Source: Paraglomus brasilianum
Taxonomy: Eukaryota
Reading direction: 5' to 3'
DNA length: 51,313 nt
Assembly: GCA_910592345.1 (NCBI GenBank)
Contig: CAJVPI010000124.1
Location: 1 to 51,313, forward strand
The notes under the pieces are model-generated. The model was not told the origin of the DNA and made no database searches. It saw only the letters and a list, made by a program, of their open reading frames with translations. Within the stretch, counting starts at the first letter, position 1. Each line of letters starts with the position of its first letter. The position numbers were made by a program, and so were the translations under genes. Shown in pieces: positions 1 through 13,218 of this stretch.

Positions 1-44
1 TAAAAAAGATAAATTTATTATTTTACGTAATGGTTTGCAATCAG

Positions 45-3000
45 CACAAGCGATTCAAATTGAGAATGGGACAAATGTACAAGATGTTAGTCAATCAATC
101 TCATTCTATTGGTACGAGGCAATTTTCAAATATCTTCGTAATAAACCCGTAAGGGTAGTTTCTAGTATGGGCGAACAGTCTTGTGGCAAATCGTATCTCT
201 TAAACCATTTTATTGGCACAAGCTTTGATGGCTCTGCTAAGGTAAGTGATTTCTTTCATCCATGTATATAATGAATAAACAATGAATTATAACCTTTTCT
301 CCCTTGTAGCGCTGCACTGAAGGAATATGGTTGTCTTTAGGTAAGTTTTACTTTTGTATTTAAAGTTTTAGGTTGTTGAACTGATAGAAAAATTTGATTG
401 AATAGCATATGTGGAAGGCACAGTCTATGTTGCATTGGATTTTGAAGGTAATTCCATTGAATTTTGTCAAATATAATACAAGCAAGCTTTGACGTTTTAG
501 TGCAATATAGGGCTTAACTCAATCGAGAGAACTCCACAGGATGACCTTCATTTGACTCTACTTAATGCATGGTATGGAATGTCAGCATGTGTTTTTCTGC
601 AAAACTGCATTGTGCTTACTATTTACTTGTAAATATTTAGTGTCTCTACTATGGTCTTGTTCAAATGTCCTTTTGCTATCAGTCGCAATACAAAAAAAAT
701 GTTCAAAAGATTTCAAATAGGGGAAAACTATTTCGGTGGTAAAGATGAAGAAAAAGAGATTTTTCATGTATGTACATCTGGCTACTATTAACATTTTGAT
801 TGGAGTAAGTAAAAAGCTAAAATACATTTTGTAGACACTGTTTTGTATCATCATCAAAGATGTGCCAGAAAATGATGTGGAAAAAATTCAAGAGGAATTT
901 GTTGAAAAGATTGAACAAATTGTTGAGACTGTAAGTGTATAGTGTAGGTGATTTGCTAAGTTAATTGGATTAAAAAATGACTTCAAAATTTTAGGACAAA
1001 GAAAACAATTTTATCTCAAGATTATTTGGAGATGTTATGAGCATAATACCCTGGCCTGTCTTTAAAGATCCAGGTATGAATGAATAGTTTCACTGTCAGT
1101 ATGTCAATATGGGTATTTAATATGATTATTAATAGTTGGATTTTTCTAGAGTTTTATGAAACATTTAATGTGCTCAAGACAAAATTGGATACTGAAGCGC
1201 CTGCAAAATATAACTCGACAAACGATTTTCTGAGAAAACTTAAAATGGTTATGGCTAAGTTAGCAGTAAGTTTGATTTACTGAATTGAAAATTTTTTTAT
1301 GGAGAAAAAATATAAGATTTGTCTCTGTAGGTAGCCGATTGGACATCATTTAAAGAGAGTATGATACAAAATGTCACGAATAAATTGAAGAAGGCACTGC
1401 CAAGTGTCGTGGCATGTGGTCATGAACCTATTGAACTTGCTTCACAAAACAGTCATTGGAAAGATCAGAGTCCTGTGTCACCTCTTATGGTAATTTTAAT
1501 TTTACTATACAGTAATAGTGTTAACTGTCAAAAACATTTCAGTAATTATATGATTAAATATAATCACAAATGTAGGACCATAATACTGGATCGTTCATAA
1601 ATGATAAAGAAATACCAATGCTTGATGAGTTCAGAAAGTTGTTCCTTATCCAAATGCCCCCATTGGAAACAGCTGCATTTTTGGACTTTTGGTTTTTTTG
1701 TAATGACTCGTTTAAACCACTACGGGATATTGGGCTTGTACTCAGCGGAGAAGGGTCTGTTAATACCACCAAGAACCTGTTAGATGTTTTCGAAAAATAC
1801 TATGGTCAACGACCATTTGTACCTAACGATGCTGATTGGGTTGAGCAATACAATAAGTTTATTGATGAAATCATAAATCGTCGTAGCAAGCGCGCCAAAG
1901 CTTGGCTTGCGGCCAACCTTCAACAACTTCCACAAGATCATCAGGAAGTTAAGACAATGAAGAACAAGCTCCGTGAACTAGTTTATTTGCTTAAACAGAA
2001 TTGGACTTTATGCAAAAAATCGTGTAACAATGATCAGTGTAGTTTACCCTGCCTGAAGAATCAACATGAAGAGTCCGAAGGACATGATTGTATGACTGAT
2101 CACAAATGCCACTTTCCTTGCAATATTAAGGAGGCCCACACTGAAGATGAACTTCCAGTGTGTGATTGTCCCGCTGGACATAGAAATAGACATAGATGTG
2201 AAATGCGACATGCATGTGTGGATAAATGCAAATACAACAATAGAAATGGGTGTCTTGGTAATTGTTCAAAGGAAGTTGATCATGAGGGCGACCATCTTTG
2301 TGATGCAAATGAACATTATTGTGGAGAACCCTGCTCCTTATCAAAATCTGATTTATATAAATGTACAGGCGTTTGTACAATCCCTGTTGGAAAGGAACAT
2401 AATGAACACAGATGTGAGACTCAAAAATGCCAAATCAGATGTTGTATTGATGAGTGCCAGAGATTTTGCCAAAGTAATGACCATCTTCATGCACTTCAGC
2501 ATGGCGTGGAGAATCATTTTTGCGGGTGAGTTGTGACGTTCCTCTTTCAATTGAAGTGGTAAAAGCTAACTATAACAACTGATTTGGAACCTATTAGGCA
2601 GATACATGATTGTAAACAAAAATGTGAAACACCCGGCATTTGCAAAGTTGATACCATCATAAATATAAACACCTATACTAACAAGTTCAATACATTTGAT
2701 TATGAAGAGGTAGAATTTTTTTTGCTTCATAATTGTTACAAAATGTCACAATTACTGATAGTACATTTCTGAAGCATTCCCAAGTAGGAACAAGATGCAA
2801 ATGTGATGTAAAAATTCCGCCAAACCAACTTGTGCATGAGGGCGACCACAAATGTAATACAAGCCATACATGCGATATTCAATGTCCATATTGCGAATAT
2901 TATGTAAGTATAAGGCTGTAATTGATAATATCTTTTTTTTTTACATTAAACAGAATGGATCAATATTAACAGAATATTTCAGTGTGCCAAGAGTTATGGA

Positions 3001-4638
3001 CATAGAGACTTGCATAATACAGCACATGGAAGCATGAAGCCTATGGCTTGGGTTGGCATTTCTGAAACTTTCAAATACGATAACCGGACATTCACAGGAG
3101 GTGAGACTGGAAGTCACGTTTATTGTCACATGGTAAGGGTGTTGGCAAATGAATTATGCTGATCTGGATCAAGCTAATATTAATTTGTAATCAATAGTTA
3201 TGTAAATCTGCCAAACGACATCTCCATGTTGATTATTGTAAAAACATTGATGCATGTAAAACTACGCCTGAAATGCTTCGTAGACAGGGAATAGAACATA
3301 TGGAGCGTAAGTAAAATGTGGCTTGTAACTGTTTGTAACTGTTTCTACGATTCATTATTGCTTACAGTGTACAACTGATATAAAATGTAGGTGAAATGGA
3401 ACCATATCCGGATCGTGCTAAGGATTATATATCCCACTCTTTATACTGGAAGCGTTCTAATTTCGTTGGTAAGACTATTTTAAACGTACCAGTTATTGGC
3501 AAGTTGATAGTTGGGCTAAATATTATATTGCAATAGATCCTTATGTAGCAGCCGATGAGCAAGAAATATTTGGAAAATGTTTGCATCAATGTGGTCATCG
3601 TACACACAAGAATAAGAACCGAGGCAATTTTGGACCGAGTTATTGTACGCTAAAATTATTTCACGATAAATTTGATCCAAATGCACCGGTGACTAATGGG
3701 CATATCTCCAGTGATGGACACCACTTTGATTGTGCTCACTATGGATCACATCATATTGTTTTCGTTATCGACAAATCTGGATCGATGGCCTGGAATGACA
3801 TAAAGCCGCTTGATCGAAAAGGATCTGCAAATATTATTCAAAGTCATGATAATCGACTTGGTGCCGTTTACGAATGCATAGAGCAGTTCATCCGTACTAG
3901 ATGTGGACCAGATGGGTTTGCTCACGAGGCAAATGATATAATGTCTTTTATACTCTTTAATAGTGATGCTCACATAATAATGGAGAGGCAAACGTTTGCA
4001 GACAATGATGAAGTGATGGAGACTCTTTGTAAAGAATATGCCGCTGGTGGAACGCGCTTTAATAAAGCAATTAAGACTGCAGGTGATCTTATTCAAAAAC
4101 ACAAAAGGAAGCTGAGGTATTTTTTTCTATTTTTGTCTAAACAAGCTTTACCATGAGAAACTAATCAATCTATTATTTAAAGGAAAAACGTGATCATCTT
4201 TTTATCAGATGGAGAAGATGCAATACCTGAGCAGGAACTTAGAAAAGTGTGTGAAAACAATAGTGATAAAGAGTAAGTAACAATTAATGGTTAACTACAG
4301 TTGTTTCAGTTAATAAGTTAGTAATAACTATCTATTTTTATTAGATGTCCTTTGTATTTGTATATTGTTGCCTTCTCAATGGAATCAGGTATATGACAAT
4401 GCATTTCTTATAGCATTTGTGATTTGACGCTAAGTTTGCTTGACTACTTGTAGATGGTTGCCAAGAACTTGAACAAATGGCCGATATTGTATCCGAGTAT
4501 GTAGCCAATACTAATAATACAGGGCTTAAATGTCAGTTCAAGGTTACACCTACAACAGAGGAATTGAAAAGATATTTTGTAGAGATTGCAAGGAGCATAA
4601 GAGAAGATCAACCTACGTTGATTAGAAAGCAAAATTGA
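45..4638 (+). CDS. Large multi-exon protein (5' end outside window): GBP/atlastin/VLIG-like P-loop GTPase domain, long Cys/His-rich repeat region, C-terminal VWA domain
   Basis: Spliced reading gives G1 GEQSCGKS, G2 RCTEG, G3 LDFEG and G4-like IIKD. ORF 1618-2529 and the following exons carry many C..H...H.C repeats. VWA MIDAS elements: FVIDKSGSM, GGT, FLSDGE. About 18 GT-AG introns. Stop TGA at 4636-4638. Confidence 0.8.
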
Positions 4639-5091
4639 TAGTTTTTTCTTGGAATTAGAAATATTGCCATTGTTATTACTCCCTTTGAATGTGCTACATT
4701 CAAGCAACTTGCTAACTATAACCATATAGTACACTAAATTCAACTTGTTCTTTTTATTATATATAATACATAACATGTAACTGGTTATTATTATCTTATT
4801 TATTCGTTCGTTTATAATTCCGTAGCCTGCTGATGAGAATCTGTGATGTTATGTTGACAACTAACTGCCAATTAGCATCTAAGTTCTCTCAATGTAATGC
4901 TGATGTCCAAATTTTATTTTCGGACTGACGACATACTGCTGCTAATATAAAGTTTATGAATAGTATGGTGCTTATATCTTTTTGCTTGTATCTCATCCAA
5001 ATGTTCTGGCCGGGCCAGCCCAGTGCAAATTTTTTGCCACTGCTAGATGGCACACAATTAATGTATTGATTGTTTTGCTTTACATATTACA

Positions 5092-5843
5092 CAGTAAAGT
5101 CCGCTTTAACGAAGAGTTCCGTTCCGCCAAAAAACTTCATTAATGCGGACTCTTCGTTAAAGCGGACTTCTACCTATATAACGAACTTTCATTATAATCA
5201 CGTGATATTCGTTAAAGTGGGATTTATTCGTTTACTTTTGTACTGACATAGTTCCTTCTTCATAACAATTGTAAGGTTTGTACGTGGTTTTTTTGATCCA
5301 AAACAAATATTTGTCTTTAACTCGGGGACGTTTTTTTGGAAGAAGATTCTATACCTAACAATGGTGAGGCTTGTTCCTCACAATCACTTGCAACCTGAAT
5401 GGGCGAATAGTTAGACATCATTATTACATGCAGTGTATTATTTAAATTTCTATATACAGTAATACTATACAGTGAAATTCACTTTAACAAAGTCTCACTT
5501 CAACGAAGATCGCTTTATAACGAAGTTCTTTTCAGAACGGATTCATACATTTCATATAAAAAGACAGTTCACTTAAGCGAACTTTCAGGTTAACGAAAGC
5601 AAAATCGTGGAACAAATGAACTTCGTTATGCACCAAATTTCGGTATATCATGTAATTTAGGCAATCTTTGTTAAACTGAATGGTTTATCTTATAGCAGGT
5701 TTGAAATTTCTTCGCTATATTGTTATACAGATTTTAATTATAAATCTTCGTTAAACCGGGAGCTAAGCATAAATGAATGAATCGGTTCCTGAAAAAGCTT
5801 CGTTATAAGGTAAAACGGACCTTCGTTAAAGCAGACTTTACTG
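5092..5843. mobile_element. Non-autonomous pogo/Tc1-like MITE region (one element, or two related/nested elements)
   Basis: CAGTAAAGTCCGCTTTAACGAAG at 5092 is the near-perfect inverse of CTTCGTTAAAGCAGACTTTACTG ending at 5843. A second TA|CAGT end at 5470 pairs over about 80 bp with 5770-5843. Confidence 0.7.
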
Positions 5844-6975
5844 TGCATACCTCCACATAAAGATTAAAGTAAAAAGGAAATTGTACTTTACCAACTATTA
5901 AATTCAGATACTTGAAAAAGATGAACGAAAGTCTAAGCTTGTTTAGTTAGCAAAGTTTTGGTCTTTATTGCCCTTGCGCAATACAGAACGTGAGTTTTCA
6001 CGTCTCAATAAAACTCGTATTCTAATTGCAAGGAATTGTTTGATAAGAATAAAATATCGAAGATGAGCTGAAGATGTGGATTGCTAGGGAAACCTACGAG
6101 TTTTTACTAATTTAATTAACCGACAGAACTTTTCGCTAAATTGGGAAAATACTGCGTGTTATTATTATTATCCCAATCCGGTCGAAAACTCTATAGCGCG
6201 CATGTGTAACTTGACGCTGCTTTTTGTGCGATGTGTTACTAATTTCCAACGTGTCACAGCCTGGCAAAAAAAGCCTTTGTCAACGAATCCATGTCAACTC
6301 GATAACTTGCTTCTTAGCTTTATCCTCCACCATCGCTCCATATACATCTACCTCCATAAATCCCCATGGCCTCCACCCACTCCATAATTCTTAATACTTC
6401 CATAGATACCTGCACAGATAGCTTGGAATAAGTCGTAACAGTACTTATATTACTTATTTTACTTACAGCAACACATGGCAGGTTGCAGGGATGGAAATGT
6501 CCATTGACATGTATCGTTATACAGTTTAGGGGGCAGTATCACATTGTCAGGCGATTTTAGGTTTCTGCAAAAGCCATGTTAATAAGAACAAGGTACCAGT
6601 TACATGACGCGAGTTAAAAAAAAAAAAAAATAGTCAATGCGATAACATGGTTCTTCATATAAATAATTACACTGGGTTAAGGGAAACTTTTACATTCTTT
6701 GTCTCTCGACAGACAATCATTATCGGTTGAAACAAAGCAGCATACTAATACTCCACCATTGGAAGTGAAAGGTTGGTGGTTACTGGTTCAACGCTTCGCT
6801 TCCATACAAACCAAATTTAGCAATTCCTGATGTCAAGCATAATTGGTTTGGATACATCACGTGTTATATTAGGTTTTCCATGACATTCGACGCAGTAATA
6901 CATGTTTTCGTTGTACTTCACCTCTGAAAGTCAGATTCGCATTCTACCTTTCGCATATTTTCACTGACCTAAAAC

Positions 6976-8127
6976 ATGGACGCAAAAATGTCATATTACG
7001 AAATACTCGGTATCGCAACCGAAGCTACGGACGAAGAAGTTCGCAAAGCTTATCGGAAACAAGGTGAGGCGTATTCGGAATTTCTATTATCTATGGAACG
7101 AGTTCTAGCCATGACGGCGCCAACGGACAATCAACTTACTAGGTCTTGTTTTCACGTTCATGAATAACAGCTTTACTATGGCACCCTGATAAGAATCGAC
7201 ATAGACCTGAAGAGGCAGAAGTCAGATTTAAACAAATAGCCGAAGCATATGAAATATTAAGTGACTGTAAGCTTACAAATCGTACGAATTAGACAACGAC
7301 GAATTATGCGGAATAAGACAATTCTAAAGGATTATTTCATTTTTTAGCTAATAAACGTCAAGTATATGATACATACGGTGAAGATGGTCTTAAGAATGGT
7401 GGCAGCGCAAGCGCGTTTGATGCAGGAAGCGGGGCGTTCCCAGGATTCATGGTTAGCGCCAACAAAATTTTGTTTGAATCTCTGATATATTTGAAACAAA
7501 CTAACCGCATCAACGGAATTTTCTTATGAACAGTTCCATGATCCTAACGAAATATTTAGACAATTCTTTGGCGTCGACCCATTTTCTGGCATGTTTGGTA
7601 AAGTACTCGTTTTGTTTTGTGAACATGTATCCAGAGTAATTCTCTTACATGGTGTGGTTACTGTACGTGTAGGCCCAGGAGTATTTGGCGATCCGTTCTT
7701 CAATGGTGGATTTGTCCAACAGCAGACTCAATCGATGGGGATGAGTCCATTTGGAACACTCCCATTTGGAACACTCCCATTTGGGGGATTTCCCTCACTG
7801 GGGAATGCATTCGGATCCTCAACATTCACCTCATTTAATTCATTTTCGGGTGGAGGTGGGGGATTTGTTTCAGAATCCTCGACAACAACAATTAGAAATG
7901 GTGTCAGAACGACTACCATAAAGAGGACCGACGCACAGGTTTGTTGAGAAAAGTTGTTTTGGATTTCTGTCCAAGCGTAACCGTATACCCTGTATACTAA
8001 CAGCACTTCCTTGTCGTAATAGGGCAATGTAACGCTTATCACAGAATCGTCTGATGGTACCCGAACAGAGACCATAAATGGGGCACCGCAGTATCAAATT
8101 ATGAATAGTCAGCAAAATTACGGATAA
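6976..8127 (+). CDS. DnaJ (Hsp40) class B co-chaperone, DNAJB6/B8-like
   Basis: [12 protein letters not shown]...[14 protein letters not shown]-domain with HPD motif, followed by a G/F-rich region and an S/T-rich C-terminal domain. 5 introns. Stop TAA at 8125-8127. Confidence 0.9.
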
Positions 8128-9642
8128 AGTCGGTGACGTGTAGAATCGAAAATCGAAAAAACTATAATGTTAGTTAGATATGGTGTTAATGACGTTGTTA
8201 TTAATAGGTTTGGATCAATAAAGGTTTATTAACCATATGTAATATTGATTATACATATTATTTATTGATTATAGCAGGATGATTAAACCGATGGCATCTG
8301 CATGCGTAAAAAAATAAAAAATAGATCTTTTGTATCTAATAATCCGTTATTACTACCTTATATTAATATGTTTATCGATAACTGCTATATTGAACAAAAC
8401 ATGTATAATTCGAATGTACGAAGGGTTACTGAGTTGGGAAACAATAGTCCTATGTTTAACGTGTACCCTGCTTAGTATTAGGCGAAAACCAATATTATTA
8501 TTGTAATCGTCAGTGGATAGGTTATAGCGTAACATATCCACTAATCTGTCCCAGTAAACGCTTTGTTTTTGGGAGATAATTTCTAAACAAGTCGCCCAAT
8601 GGCATAAATCATGCTTCATATAAACCGCAAAAACCACATATCCTTAAATGGAAGATTTGTGTAAATTTCAATCACTTTCTGCAACAATACCCAATACCTA
8701 TATCACCTCCAAACAGGGCATACTTAATACTGCAAGCAAACCAGACAAAACGGGACTTTAGTCCTTAATTGCTACTTGACCAGTGATAATTGTTTGGAGC
8801 ATCAAACGTTATTATTCAGCTTTGCCTTTTCTTTTTTTTTTTTTTTTTGTTGCATATTTCTTATCTGATCATTGGATTGGTTTGTGTTGATAGTTCCTAT
8901 CAGTGAAAAGGTTGTTTGCCTGTTAGAACTTACCTTAATAAATATGATGGTGGTGTTGAATAATAAATTCTCGATTACATGGCTGCAGCTTATCTTGTCT
9001 TTGGCATCTGCAAAAAACATTTATTTTACACAAGAAATTACCTTCATTCGAATCGATGCATTATTATATTCCATTCATTGTCTTTACGTCTGTCCTTAAG
9101 TCAAAAAAATAAAATAAAAAACTGCAAATAGCGATCGACCTTTTAAAAACAATGACAGCTCGTGTTCCAAGGAGGAAGTGTCAAAGCTGAAATAGAACGC
9201 GGTTTCAGAGTATTGGGATCTGATCTTACATTTGAAACTTTCATATGTATCGAATACTGAAATAGTTAGTTACATCATAGTGCAACCATTGCCAACTTTT
9301 TTCGGTAATAGTTGCTGCTACAGACGATCTGATCGTACGTCACAAGTTCAGACGTCCTTTAACATAATAATAAGGGGTCCGGTTGACACCAGACGAGCGA
9401 TATTCCGTGTTTATTTTTGTAGAATGTTAGCTAAGCATCTTTTTGCTTAGCTGGAACGGCAGGTATTGTTAACTTCGATGATCAGTTACTGTATAATGGG
9501 CCAATATATCAATTGTAATTGCCATACCCTTATGACCCACAGTAACTGTAATTACGTGTAACACAATTTTTTGTATTGATACCTCTCAGTCATTATAAAT
9601 ATGTAAATTCCAACTATCGACCCTAATAGTATTCGAGTTTTG

Positions 9643-11258
9643 ATGGCCTCTTTCTCACCCACAACGAAACCAGCCGAAGAAGCTCGACTGACCGTCGTTC
9701 AGTCATCCCCTAATCCCGCTTATAAGCTCCACCCTCATCGCTGGTATGGTCTTACATTACTCTTTTTCCTCAACCTTACGAACAATATCTATTGGCTTAC
9801 GTTCGCTCCAGTTACGGAACTATCCGCGAATTACCTTGCAGTGTCAGACACAGCGGTGACTCTATTAGGAACCATCTTTCTTATAGTATTTGTCGTAGTG
9901 TCGCCATTGGTCGGCTTCATGTTGGATAAATGGGGATTGCGAAAGTCTTTATTATTTGGTGCATTCTTGAGTGCATTGGGCGGCTGGATTAGATATTCAG
10001 GAATTTTCGTAAGCGCTGTTAAGGGTCGGTATGCGATCATAACTATTGGGCAGATTGTCTGTGCAGTCAGCAACTGCATTTTCCTAACGGCGCCCACTAA
10101 TTTCGCAATGACGTGGTTCAGTGATGATGGCAGGACAACAGCAAATATGGTTGGATCAATTGCGAATCCACTTGGAGGAGCTGTAGCTCAAATTCTTATC
10201 CCGAGTATTGTCACCGAGGAGAGTCGTTTTCCCATCGGTTTAATCCTGACAGCATCAATAGCGACTGTGACTGCGATTCCAGTGTTATTCTTGAGAGACA
10301 AGCCTCCAACTTATCCGTCGTTCTCTGCATCCCTGCCGGCAGAAAAGTTTGGTTCTGGATTTAAGAAATTGTTGACCAATCGGAACTTTTTGGTCATCTG
10401 GATTGCGTTTACGACGATAGTTGGCTTCTTCAGTGCTTTTCTGATATTGATGAACAATATCCTGTCGCCGTATGGATATAACGATACCATGAGTGGAATA
10501 ATTGGCGCAATCACAATATTGAGTGGATTGGTTGGCGCGGGGATTTCAAGCCCGATAATTGATAAAACGAAGGCATATAAGACGCTTATTAAGAGTGTTA
10601 CGCCTGTGGTTGGAGTCGGATTTTTTTTACTTCCTTTCGTTGGTAAGTGAAGTAGTAGCTGTCATATTGATATAATCAACAACTACTGATAATATTTTGT
10701 CGAATTTGGACATAGCATCAGCATTGATTCCAACACATTAACTAAATCTATTCTACACAATATTAGTACGAGAAAACTTTTATGTTGAAATTATGATTCT
10801 TTGTGGTCTTATTGGATTTCTGTCCTTTTCCTTGCTACCAGTTGCCTTGGAGATTGGCGTTGAATGTAAGCATTACTATAGCGATTGCGATTCTCAGTAT
10901 TCTCCGCTAGAATTGATAACGAATGGTTTACGTTCTTGTTTTTTAAGGTACATTTCCGGTATCCGCCAATACATCAGCAGCTATTCTATGGCTTGGAGGA
11001 CAGGGTGGCGGAGTAATATTTACAATTGTAATGGATCAATTGAGACTTCCTGATAATGCCAGCAGACCTCGAGATATGAAAAGAAGTTTGTACTTCCAGG
11101 GTATAGTTGCATTAGTCTTATCATTTTCAGTTTTATTTTATAACTCAAGGAATTTGAGGCTGGAAGCAAAAACAATAACAGCTGTCGACGAAACGAATCA
11201 GATGGAGGAAGTCGAGAATAAGGATGTAATTCTTATGGAAACCCCAGTTAGGCAATAG
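9643..11258 (+). CDS. MFS transporter, FLVCR/MFSD7 (SLC49)-like
   Basis: YKLHPHRW N-terminus, multiple TM segments, WFSDDGRTTA, KPPTYPSFSA, LEIGVEC|TFPVS. 2 introns. Confidence 0.85.
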
Positions 11259-11822
11259 CGGCAAAATTTATAATTTACTTCACATTCAAGTAATACGTTT
11301 GATTAGTATGTATAGACGTGTGGCAAGTGTTTGTCGCTATGAGTAGATACACGGATTGTCGAACTACCCATAGTTATAACTCTTCGCAGCAAACATTAAT
11401 TAATTATTTATATGACAATAGTATTTATGACGCCAACTATGGTTGTCCGCGCTGAAACTTTTTAATTTTCATTATTATTATCTTTGTATAATTGGATTTA
11501 AGAAAATGTCTCTGGCAGATCTTTTCATAACAATAATATAACTAACGGATTTTTTACTAAATAATATCTGGTATAAACTCATCTACGCTATTCGTAATAT
11601 TAATAATGATGTTAATAATATTGAAATAATTATTATAGATAATTAAACAAACCATAGTCAAGAAAGACTACACAAAACTTATATTTGATATGCCCCAGTT
11701 TACTTACGCGACATTGACACTTTTTGTTTGATGTCTATGTACACGTGCCCAAATATAACTGCGAGTTGTACAAGCATCTCCACATAATACTGAGGTCAAA
11801 TTAATTACTGATCGCCTTAAAG

Positions 11823-13061
11823 ATGTCTTTCCAGGAAAGCGCCGAAGCGGAAATCTCTCGGTTATTCCGAGTATATAGGACCGTGCACCAAATGGCACAT
11901 CATAGGGTAACTGTCAAGAGCGAGGGACAGCCGGCTTACGAAGCGATGGGAGGTTGAAACAGGGAGATCACTCTCAACTTTCTTCTGCCCTCGCACCGAG
12001 TAAAACATGTGTTCTGACGTGAGACTGTGATATTATTCATCGTCCTACAAGTAAGACTAAGTGAGAAAGTTATTCTTTACTCATAGACCATTCCAAAAAT
12101 CCTCCGCATGATACGATTAGGGTTACGTCGTGGCAGAACAAGAATTAAACCCGGATATGGATTACTTCCGAGCTAAATGTGTAAGGAATGGGAAGGTTTC
12201 GTAGGTATTCATTTCGTGTGCAAAAAAATAAATATAAGCAAACAAGATTGAGAATTCTGCGACATTAGAGTTTATAAAAGTACTCAATTATCTTTTCCCT
12301 TTCCTAGACGCGACGAAATGATGTTCCAAGTACAAAAAAGTGATAACCCAACGGAACAGCTTTTAGTAACCTTCCCCAATGAGAAAACTGTTGGCGTGAA
12401 ATATTTAAAACAGTAAGTCTTGTTCAGATTAACGATCGGCTGTCGTTTCGGCACAAAAAATATTCATAATCTCTTTTGATTCTCAACTCAGGATTTGTAC
12501 AAAAATGGTGGACCAACGCGTCTCTCGTGGAATAATAGTCTATCAGGGCACATTGACATCGGCTGCGAACAAAGCGATTCAATCTCTAAACCAAGGCATT
12601 AGCGACAGGGGACCTGATACATTTACATATGAATTGGATACATTCTCAGAGTCGGAACTTTTGGTTAACATTACTGAACATCAGTTAGTACCACATCATA
12701 CTCTATTGACGGACGAAGAGAAAAAAGCCTTGCTGAAGAGATAGTAAGTATCTTGATAAATTCATTCTGCAATATTGTGAGCAGGCAAATCTTATCCTGA
12801 AACAATTGGCCTTGATTTTTTTCCCTTTACCCCATTACAGTAGATTAAAGGAGACACAATTGCCAAGGATTCAAATAACTGATCCCGTGGCAAGATACTA
12901 CGGTTTGAAACGCGGTCAGGTGTGTGATAATAATCAGACGTTTATTTAGTTTCAGCATGTTTCTTTAGCTAATTGAAACTTTTTATATTAACAAGGTGGT
13001 AAGGATAGTACGACCTAGCGAGACGGCTGGTCGATATGTTACATATCGTCTTTGTCTCTGA
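11823..13061 (+). CDS. RPB5: DNA-directed RNA polymerases I/II/III subunit RPABC1
   Basis: [32 protein letters not shown]...[15 protein letters not shown]...[41 protein letters not shown]. 5 introns. Confidence 0.95.
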
Positions 13062-13218
13062 GATGCAGACATTAAGTAGCTTAAATCCCCGTTTATATTC
13101 CTTGCGAAATTCTGTCAGACTTGTAATGATCCTTTGGACTGCTTACTAGAAATCAGTCCTGCTAAATAAATACTTTTTCTATTGCTGGCATTGAAAGCAA
13201 TTTATAGTTTTGACGCAA

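Noticed and set aside
8450..8800. Minus-strand scraps (GQVAIK; FMPLGDLFRNYL; YWDRLVDML) reminiscent of a protein-kinase pseudogene
   Set aside because: Fragments are in different frames with no HRD/DFG motifs, which is too weak without a search.
13062..13218. Very short gap between the convergent RPB5 and OLA1 genes
   Set aside because: Common in compact fungal loci, with no specific evidence of antisense regulation.
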